Shown here: positions 56,920-64,000 of the stretch, one piece after another
Layout of the letters: the number at the start of each line of letters is the position of its first letter
Position numbering within the stretch: position 1 is the first letter of the stretch
Assembly (NCBI GenBank): GCA_036509655.1
Contig: DATCFG010000031.1
Location: 21,665-85,664, forward strand
Origin: Solirubrobacteraceae bacterium
GTDB taxonomy: Bacteria > Actinomycetota > Thermoleophilia > Solirubrobacterales > Solirubrobacteraceae
Reading direction: 5' to 3'
DNA length: 64,000 bases
Notes under the pieces: model-generated
The model's input: only the letters and a program-made list of their open reading frames with translations
Told to the model about the DNA's origin: nothing
The model's database searches: none
Position numbers and translations under genes: made by a program

Positions 56920-58101
56920 ATGTTCGACGTGCAAGAGGCGCTGAAGGAGCTCGTCAGGCGCGAGGGCTCTGATCTGCACCTGAAGGTGGGCAGCACGCCG
57001 CTGTACCGCGTGCACGGGCGCCTGGCGCCCGAGCCGGTCGGGGACGTGCTGAGCGCGGAGGACACCGAGCGGACGTTGCACGAGCTGCTGCACGACGAAA
57101 CGAAGCTGCACGAGTTCACCGCCGAGCACGAGGTCGACTTCTCGTTCGAAATCGAGGGCGTCGCCCGCTACCGCATCAACGCCTTCCGCCAGCGCGGCGT
57201 GATCTCGCTGGCCTGCCGCGCGATCCCGCACAAGATCTCGACGATCGACGAGCTGTCGCTGCCGCCGGTAGTCAAGGACCTGGCCAGCGAAGAGCGCGGG
57301 ATCATCCTGCTGACGGGGACGACCGGCTCCGGCAAGTCGACGACGCTCGCGGCGATGATCGACCATATGAACGAAACAACGAGCAAGCACGTGGTCACGA
57401 TCGAGGACCCGATCGAGTTCGTGCATTCCGACAAGAAGTCGGTGATCAACCAGCGCGAGGTCGGGATGGACACGGCCTCCTTCAAGCGCGCGCTGCGCAG
57501 GGTCCTGCGCCAGGACCCCGACGTGATCCTAATCGGGGAGATGCGCGACGAGGAGACCGTGCAGACGGCGCTCTCGGCGGCCGAGACCGGGCACCTCGTG
57601 CTCTCGACGATCCACACCGTCGACGCCCCCGAGTCGATCAACCGGATGCTCGACTTCTTCCCGCCCCACCAGCACGGCCAGGCGCGGAGCATGATCGCGG
57701 GCACGATCAAGGGCGTGATCAGCCAGCGACTGGTGCCGGGCGCCGACGGCGGGCGCGTGGCGGTCTGCGAGATCATGCGGATGACCGGCCGCGTGCGCGA
57801 CATGATCGTCGACCCCTCGCAGACGGGCAAACTGATGGAGGTGATCGCCGCGGGCAGCTACTACGGGATGCAGACCTTCGACCAGGCGCTGTTCGGGCAC
57901 GTGAAGGCCGGCAGGGTGACATTCGAGGACGCGATGCATGTCGCCTCGAACCCGTCCGACTTCAAGCTCCTGATGCAGGCCGACGGCCGCAGGGGTACGA
58001 CGATGGAGGACGTCGCCGCCGCGGAGGAGCGTCGCGAGACGAACTCCGATCCGGCGAACGACCCCCGTCCCGCCCCGAGCCCATCGCTCACCGTCGCGTA
58101 G
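56920..58101 (+). CDS. pilT: PilT/PilU-family type IV pilus retraction ATPase
   Basis: GTTGSGKSTT, TIEDPIEF, NQREVG, RQDPDVILIGEMRD. Confidence 0.9.
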   Translation: MFDVQEALKELVRREGSDLHLKVGSTPLYRVHGRLAPEPVGDVLSAEDTERTLHELLHDETKLHEFTAEHEVDFSFEIEGVARYRINAFRQRGVISLACRAIPHKISTIDELSLPPVVKDLASEERGIILLTGTTGSGKSTTLAAMIDHMNETTSKHVVTIEDPIEFVHSDKKSVINQREVGMDTASFKRALRRVLRQDPDVILIGEMRDEETVQTALSAAETGHLVLSTIHTVDAPESINRMLDFFPPHQHGQARSMIAGTIKGVISQRLVPGADGGRVAVCEIMRMTGRVRDMIVDPSQTGKLMEVIAAGSYYGMQTFDQALFGHVKAGRVTFEDAMHVASNPSDFKLLMQADGRRGTTMEDVAAAEERRETNSDPANDPRPAPSPSLTVA

Positions 58102-58128
58102 CTCGTCCTACTTCAGCCTCAGCTCCGC

Positions 58129-58149
58129 TTACTTCATTTGGTAAAGTAA
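58129..58149. promoter_or_regulatory. TTACTT-N9-AAGTAA inverted repeat, candidate HxlR-family operator
   Basis: Lies immediately upstream of the hxlR-type gene. Confidence 0.5.
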
Positions 58150-58157
58150 CGGTTGAA

Positions 58158-58520
58158 ATGGCCGTTGACGAAACATGCCCGGTATGTCGCACGGCGGAAG
58201 TCGTGTGCGGCAAGTGGACGCTCCTGCTCGTCCGCGACCTCGCCGGCGGCTGCTCGCGCTTCTGTGAGCTCGAGCGCTCGCTCCAAGGGATCAGCCCGCG
58301 GACGCTCTCGCTGCGGCTGCGGGCGCTGGAGGAGGAGGGGATCGTCGAGCGCCACACCTTCCCGGAGGTGCCCCCGCGCGTGGAGTACGCGCTGACGGAG
58401 AAGGGGCGCGCGCTGCTGCCGATCGTCGAGGGGATGCGCTCCTACGGCGAAGAGTGGCTGGGCGAAGGCTCCACGGCCGGCGCCGACCCCGTCGCGCGGG
58501 CCGCGCTCGCGGTCGCATAG
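58158..58520 (+). CDS. HxlR-family winged-helix regulator
   Basis: CPV...GKWTLLLV, ISPRTLS.RLR.LE, VPPRVEYALT. Confidence 0.93.
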   Translation: MAVDETCPVCRTAEVVCGKWTLLLVRDLAGGCSRFCELERSLQGISPRTLSLRLRALEEEGIVERHTFPEVPPRVEYALTEKGRALLPIVEGMRSYGEEWLGEGSTAGADPVARAALAVA

Positions 58521-58603
58521 CGAGCAGGGCGGGCTCTGCAAGACCGGCTGCGCGCGGCGCCCCTGAGCAGGAGCGGTGGAGGCGGGGCCGAAGTGTGCAG
58601 ACC

Positions 58604-59974
58604 ATGCGTTCACGCCAGCTGGAGACAACGCTCACCGAGTTCGTCGCGCAGGCGGCCGACCGGCTGCAGGCGGAGATCGACGGCGGCGCCGAGGTCGGCT
58701 TCGAGCTGTCAGAGAAATCGGCCCGCCGCGGCGAGAGCGCCGCGCGACTCTACAGCTACCGCGCGCTGACGGGCGCGTTCATCGAGGAGCACGCGACGAA
58801 GCTCGCAAGCCTCCCCGCTCACGCGGAGGCGGTGAGCCTGCTCGTCGACTTCGATGGTCTCGACCGCTATCTCGCGGCGAGCGGCGGCGCCGCCGCCGAT
58901 CTGACACGGATGAAGGCCTACGCGCGCGCCGACGCGGCGCTGAGGCTGCTGCTCGGAGATGTGTTCGACGAGCAGACCGACTTCGACTGTCGCTCCGACC
59001 CGCCCCAGCACGGAGAGCGTCTCGAGGCGGCGCTTGCGCGGCTCGAGCACTCGACGCATGCGAGCACGAGCGAGGTGACGCTGCTGGCGACGCTCCACGG
59101 GCTGACGATCGCCTCCGAGGAGATCGCGCTGACGCGCGGCCTGACGATCGCCCAGCGGGACGCGCTGCGCGGCGTGCCCGACGGCGCGCCGTCGGATGGC
59201 CTGCTGGTCGTGTTCAGCGCCGACGATTGCGATGTGGACGACGCGCTCGCGCGCGGGCACGAGGTGCTGAAGGATCTGCTCCGCGCGCTGCGCCTGTTCG
59301 GCGACGGCCGCGTGACGCTCGGCGCGCTCTGTTGGGCGCGGGTCGGCGCCGGCGCCTGGAACCCGCTCGCGCTGGGCGCGGGCGGGCGCCCGTATGGGAT
59401 GCTCGTCGTGAGCGCCGAGCAGGAGGACGAGCTGCGCGGGTTCTGCAACCTCGTCTCGCGCCGCGCCCCCCACGGCAACGAGCTCTCCTGGGCGCTGCGG
59501 CGCTTCGAGCTCGGCTGCGAGCGCGGGACCGGATACGAGGCGCTGAGCGACCACCTGCTGGCGCTGCGCGCGCTGCTCGAGCCGGAGGGTCCCGCGAGCG
59601 GCCTCTTGGCGGGGCGGATCGCGGCGCTGTGCGCGACGCCGGCGGACCGCGCGAAGCTCGCGAAGCGGATGCTCAAGGCGCAGACGCTCGAGCGCGCCGC
59701 GATCGCCGGCACGGCAGATGAGCACGCCGCCGGGCTGAACCTCGCGCGCGACGTCGCCGACCACCTGCGCGCACTCCTACGCGACGTGATCTGCGGCCAC
59801 CTCGACCCGAACCTCACAGCGCTCGCGGACGAGCTGCTGGCGACGCCCGCGCCCGTCGTCGAGCCGACCGAGGACGCCGTCGAGGAGACCGGCGCGAGCG
59901 CCGACCCCGAGCCCGCCCCGATCCCAGCGGGGCACCCGCTCGACCAGCTCACACAGAGCGCGCTCCCGGTCTGA
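58604..59974 (+). CDS. hypothetical protein with HEPN-like (ApeA-type) C-terminal domain
   Basis: ALRRFELG...LLALRALLE...LAGRIAAL pattern; ATG at 58604 inferred. Confidence 0.6.
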   Translation: MRSRQLETTLTEFVAQAADRLQAEIDGGAEVGFELSEKSARRGESAARLYSYRALTGAFIEEHATKLASLPAHAEAVSLLVDFDGLDRYLAASGGAAADLTRMKAYARADAALRLLLGDVFDEQTDFDCRSDPPQHGERLEAALARLEHSTHASTSEVTLLATLHGLTIASEEIALTRGLTIAQRDALRGVPDGAPSDGLLVVFSADDCDVDDALARGHEVLKDLLRALRLFGDGRVTLGALCWARVGAGAWNPLALGAGGRPYGMLVVSAEQEDELRGFCNLVSRRAPHGNELSWALRRFELGCERGTGYEALSDHLLALRALLEPEGPASGLLAGRIAALCATPADRAKLAKRMLKAQTLERAAIAGTADEHAAGLNLARDVADHLRALLRDVICGHLDPNLTALADELLATPAPVVEPTEDAVEETGASADPEPAPIPAGHPLDQLTQSALPV

Positions 59975-60156
59975 GCGGAGCGGCGGGAGCGACAGACGAG
60001 CGTTTGCGCGCCAGCTTTGCGACCCCAAGTCCCATAAAACCGCGGATCGAGCACCCGCGCGGGTCTCCGATCGCGTCTCCCGTCGTCAGCGCGACGTAGC
60101 GTGCTCGGTATCAACTTCACACGACCTACTTCGCGACCAAAGGAGTACCTGGCATC

Positions 60157-60378
60157 ATGAATGCCGTGGCAACGCAACCGCACGTGACGCTCAGCGGCGA
60201 CATCGTCGGCGAATACCTTGTCAAGGACAAGGGTCCTGACGGCGAGCTGACGCTCGTGCCAGACAAATCCTGGAAGGCGATTCTCGCCCGCAACGGCGAG
60301 CGTGACGCGACTCCTGAGGAGTTCGCCGCCTTCGTGGCCGAGTACGGGCCTTTCCTGCCGCCCGACGGCGAGGGATAG
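60157..60378 (+). CDS. small antitoxin-like protein
   Basis: AAAGGAG RBS; 73 aa with beta-rich N-terminus and acidic tail; 3 nt upstream of the next gene. Confidence 0.6.
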   Translation: MNAVATQPHVTLSGDIVGEYLVKDKGPDGELTLVPDKSWKAILARNGERDATPEEFAAFVAEYGPFLPPDGEG

Positions 60379-60381
60379 ACC

Positions 60382-60630
60382 ATGCCCCAGACACCGCGCC
60401 CAGGCCACGCCCCCGTGGTCTTCACTGACGACGCCTTTGACGAGGATGTCGCCCGCGCCGGCAGCGGCGGTCGCGTCGCCGCCGAGGTCGCCCGTCAGAA
60501 ATACGAGCGGGACGGCGTGCCGGTCGACGAGCTCCGCGAAGTTCAGGACGAAGGACGCGACGGAACGATCCTTCCCAACTGCCTCAAGGTCTACCTGCCG
60601 CGACCCGACGGCCGCTTCGGCATCGTCAAA
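60382..60630 (+). pseudogene. truncated toxin-like gene (possible RelE fold)
   Basis: Codon style and composition change after ...KVYLPRPDGRFGIV; the rest of the ORF overlaps the phosphotransferase frame. Confidence 0.45.
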
Positions 60631-60728
60631 GAACCCGTGACTCGCACGCAAGATTCAGTCGAGGTTCGCCACGGTGAGCTCAGCGACGAGCTGTCCAGCA
60701 GCCTTGATACCCAGGTTGCCGTGATCGG

Positions 60729-61385
60729 ATGGCGCGAGGGATTCGACTACCACGCCGACCTTGCCCTGGCGCCAGGGCAGTGGACTCGTGTCGTCCTCAG
60801 TCCACGGGTGGAGGAGCCGATTATCAGCTTGGCGAGCTCGTCAGACAGCTTCACGCCATACCGGGATGGGTTATCGACGGCGGTCCGGGGGATCCAGTCG
60901 CATGGCGCGACGTTGTCAGCGCTCGCCTCACGCAGCGCCTGTCGGCAGCACAGCGCCATCTCGGCTTGTCCGACCTGCCCGACGTGCAAAGGATCCTTGA
61001 TGCCGAGCTCGCGGAGGCTCCCAAGCGCCCGCTTGACCGTCTTTTGCATATGGACATCCGCAGACCCAATATTTGCGTAACCGATCAGCACATAGGAGGT
61101 TTGATCGACTTCGCGAACGTCATTCGTGGCGATCCCCTCTTCGAGCTTGCCCGTATCCGCTATTCGGGCTTGCTCTCGAATGACTTCCTACGGGGCTATG
61201 GAATCGAGGATCCGGCAGCCTGGTCACGTAAGAACACGTCGCTTCTAGCCTTGTATGAGATCGACATCGCGTCGCTGCTCGTGACCGTTGCGATAGAGGA
61301 GACAGATACTCCCGATCTGTTCACGCAAGCATCGACCCGTCTGCGCGAACTCATAAAGATCATCCGCCACGCCCTGGATGAGTAG
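60729..61385 (+). pseudogene. aminoglycoside/choline phosphotransferase-family C-terminal part
   Basis: LGELVRQLH, LLHMDIRRPNI (Brenner motif), LIDFAN..GDPLFELA; N-lobe missing or frameshifted. Confidence 0.75.
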
Positions 61386-61397
61386 CGCCACGCGCCG

Positions 61398-62519
61398 TCA
61401 GGCGAAGAGATAGCCCGCGATGCGGGCTAATCCCGCGAGGTCCTGGATGTCCTCGTCCAGATGCGGCACGATCACGGGGTTGGGCTCGTCGAGCTCTCGA
61501 CGCAGACGGGCGATCGTGTCGCGGTCGCGCCGCGCCAAGATGTCGAAGTCCGCGAGGTTGTGCGCCGCGCGCCGCGCGAGCGAGCCATCGCCCAGGTCGG
61601 TTGACAGCAATGCCTCGACCTCCTCGGTTGAGTGGCCATCGAGGCCGTGCAGGTGGACGCGGTTGACGATCGCCGCGTCGCATCTCATCCGCTCCTCGCG
61701 TAGCTGCTCGGCTAAGAACACTGCCTCGCGCGCGGGCTCGTGCTCGGGGGAGGTGACAATCAGGAAGCTCGTGCTTGGGTCGCGCAGCAGCGCGGCGACG
61801 CCGCGGATGCGTTCGCTGAAGCCGTCGATCACGCCCGACAGCGACCTGAAGAAGGTCGAGAGCTCGGCGAGCATGTCGACGCCGGTCACGCGCGCGAAGA
61901 TCGCGAACACGAGGCCCGTGCCGCGGCCGAGGAAGCGCGCGGCGAGGCCGCCCGGCGCGAGGAACACCTTCAGCGCGCGGCCTTCGAGGAAGTGCAGCAT
62001 GTTCTCGGGGGCTCGCAGGAAGTCGAGCGCGTTGCGCGAGGGCGGCGTGTCGAGCACGATCACGTCGAAGTCGTGTTCGGAATGCAGCTCGTACAGCTTC
62101 GTCACCGCGCCGAGCTCCTGCACGCCCGAGACCGCCGAGGAGAGCTCGCGGTAGACGGGGTTTGCGAGGATCTCTTCGCGCGCGCCCTCGTCGGGCGCCA
62201 GTCGCGCGACGGCGTCGTCGAACGTCCGTTTCACGTCCAGCGCCATCGCCCACAGCTCGCCCGGCTCGGCGACGCCCTGCTCCGCCAGTAGCTCAGGGTC
62301 GATCCGGCGCGGCTCGCCCGAGAGCTCGCCGAGCCCCAATGCGGCGGCCAGGCGCCGCGCCGGGTCGATCGTCACGACCGCGACCTTCGCCCCGCGCGCC
62401 GCCAGCCCGAACCCGAGCGCGGCCGAGGTCGTCGTCTTGCCGACGCCGCCGGCGCCGAGGCACACGCACACGCGCTTGCCCCGCAGACGCTTCGCCAGAT
62501 CTGGGGAGCGCTTGGGCAC
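61398..62519 (-). CDS. ArsA/GET3-family ATPase
   Basis: [34 protein letters not shown]. Confidence 0.9.
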   Translation of the reverse strand: MPKRSPDLAKRLRGKRVCVCLGAGGVGKTTTSAALGFGLAARGAKVAVVTIDPARRLAAALGLGELSGEPRRIDPELLAEQGVAEPGELWAMALDVKRTFDDAVARLAPDEGAREEILANPVYRELSSAVSGVQELGAVTKLYELHSEHDFDVIVLDTPPSRNALDFLRAPENMLHFLEGRALKVFLAPGGLAARFLGRGTGLVFAIFARVTGVDMLAELSTFFRSLSGVIDGFSERIRGVAALLRDPSTSFLIVTSPEHEPAREAVFLAEQLREERMRCDAAIVNRVHLHGLDGHSTEEVEALLSTDLGDGSLARRAAHNLADFDILARRDRDTIARLRRELDEPNPVIVPHLDEDIQDLAGLARIAGYLFA

Positions 62520-62607
62520 GGGATGATCCTAGATTGAACATGCAGGAATCGCGCATCGCTGTGCGAATAACCCCGAGATCGGCTTTCCAATCGAGTAGGA
62601 GCCTCCT

Positions 62608-63375
62608 GTGAACGGCAAGGCCAGGGTCATCGCGTTCGCCAACCAGAAGGGCGGGGTGGCCAAGACGACCACCACGCTCAACCTCGCCGCCGCGTTCGCG
62701 GAGGAGGGTCACCGCGTGCTGTGCGTCGACATGGATCCCCAGGGCAACCTGACGATGTCGCAGGGCATCGATCCGGACACGCTCGAGAAATCGATGTACG
62801 ACGTGCTCGTCCACAAAGTCTCGATCCGCGAGGTGGTTCGCAAGCGCGAGATCGACATCGCCTGCGCCTCGATCGACCTCGCCGGCGCGGAGATCGCGAT
62901 GTCGACGATGATCGGCCGCGAGCGCTCGTTGCAGAAGGCGTTCGAACCGATCCTCGAGGACTACGACTTCATCTGCATCGACACCCCGCCGAGCCTCGGA
63001 TTGCTGACTATCAACGCGTTGACGGCGGCCGACAAGGTGATCGTCCCCGTGCAGTGCGAGTATTTGTCGATGCGTGGTCTCATCCAACTGCAGAACACGC
63101 TCGCGATGATCCGCGAGAACCTCAACCCCGGCGTCGACATCGAGGGCATCCTGCCGACGCTCGTCGACTCGCGCACGATCCACGCGAAGGAGGCGATCGA
63201 GATCCTCGAGGAGAACTTTGGCGATCGCGTGTTCGCCTCACGAATCCGCAAGACCGTCCGCTTCGCCGAGGCGCCCGTGAAGGGCATGTCGGTGCTCAAG
63301 TACGAGCCCGACGGCGTCGCTGCCCAGTCCTACCGACAGCTCGCCCAGGAGGTTCTCACCAATGGCCAATCCTAA
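62608..63375 (+). CDS. ParA/Soj-family ATPase
   Basis: [38 protein letters not shown]. Confidence 0.95.
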   Translation: MNGKARVIAFANQKGGVAKTTTTLNLAAAFAEEGHRVLCVDMDPQGNLTMSQGIDPDTLEKSMYDVLVHKVSIREVVRKREIDIACASIDLAGAEIAMSTMIGRERSLQKAFEPILEDYDFICIDTPPSLGLLTINALTAADKVIVPVQCEYLSMRGLIQLQNTLAMIRENLNPGVDIEGILPTLVDSRTIHAKEAIEILEENFGDRVFASRIRKTVRFAEAPVKGMSVLKYEPDGVAAQSYRQLAQEVLTNGQS

Positions 63376-64000
63376 ACGGGCCTCGATGCGCGAAGGGCCC
63401 CTGGCGGCGCTGTTCAGGAAGACCGAAGGCGAGGACGGCGAGCCGGCGGGCGGGACGGGGATCGAGACAGAGTCCGCGTTCGCGCCCGCGGTGGCCGAGG
63501 CGGCGACCCCAGCGGCCGCCGCGACACCCCATCCGCGCGAGAGCGGCCTGCCGCACCCCGCCCTCAAGGGTTCGACCCAGGCCGATAGCGATTTCAAGTC
63601 GGACCCGGACGAGGAGCGCGTGCCGACGCCGCGCGAGCGTCTGCGCCACGCCTTCTCCTCGGAGATCCCCGAGAACGTGATGGATCGTCCCGCGGCGCGC
63701 CCGGTGATGGACGATTACTCGCGCGAGCATCCCGCGCCCGCGAGCGCGCCCGCTGGCTCGGCTGGCCCGATCGGCCAGCCCGTGATCCGTGTCGTCGGCG
63801 TCGGCGGCGCCGGCGTGAACGCGGTCAACCGGATGGTCGAGGCGGAGGTCGAGGGCGTCGAGTTCCTCGCCGTCAACACCGACCTGCAGTCTCTCCAGCA
63901 GTCCACGGCCGACGTCACCCTGCACATCGGCGCCGAGCTCACCCGCGGCCTCGGCTCGGGCTCGGACGCGGAAGTCGGCCGCGCCGCGGCGATGGAGGAC
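63362..64000 (+). CDS. ftsZ: FtsZ homologue with 140-aa N-terminal extension (runs off the window edge)
   Basis: Open frame from ATG 63362; residue 141 onward reads [19 protein letters not shown]...VNTDLQSL...TRGLGSG; not in the ORF track. Confidence 0.92.
   Translation, partial: MANPKRASMREGPLAALFRKTEGEDGEPAGGTGIETESAFAPAVAEAATPAAAATPHPRESGLPHPALKGSTQADSDFKSDPDEERVPTPRERLRHAFSSEIPENVMDRPAARPVMDDYSREHPAPASAPAGSAGPIGQPVIRVVGVGGAGVNAVNRMVEAEVEGVEFLAVNTDLQSLQQSTADVTLHIGAELTRGLGSGSDAEVGRAAAMED

Noticed and set aside
61398-62519. Arsenite-resistance ArsA
   Set aside because: Single ATPase domain, and no arsB/arsC/arsR/arsD nearby.

Overview
High-GC actinobacterial chromosome segment; the gene repertoire suggests Thermoleophilia/Solirubrobacterales (inference). 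It is mostly core metabolism: typA, a Zn/Mn ABC transporter with a Fur-family regulator, an MMPL exporter, ppk1-sixA, beta-oxidation genes, egtBD, the pgi-gnd-zwf-opcA-pgl operon, glpX, rlpA under a c-di-AMP riboswitch, rpoD and pilT. Two accessory stretches interrupt this. The first (about 18.8-28.1 kb) holds an internally deleted AAA-DUF4143 gene, an AbrB/RelE-like toxin-antitoxin (TA) pair, a Crp regulator and a ChrB-N / ABC / COG4280 cluster. The second (about 60.1-61.4 kb) holds a broken TA-like pair and a phosphotransferase remnant. The most striking item is at the right edge and is missing from the ORF track: a ParA/Soj gene overlapping an FtsZ homologue that has a 140-aa N-terminal extension beginning with a peptide resembling ParA-partner peptides. 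I found no rRNA, tRNA, CRISPR array, integrase or transposase. All product calls come from motif recognition by eye, with no database searches.
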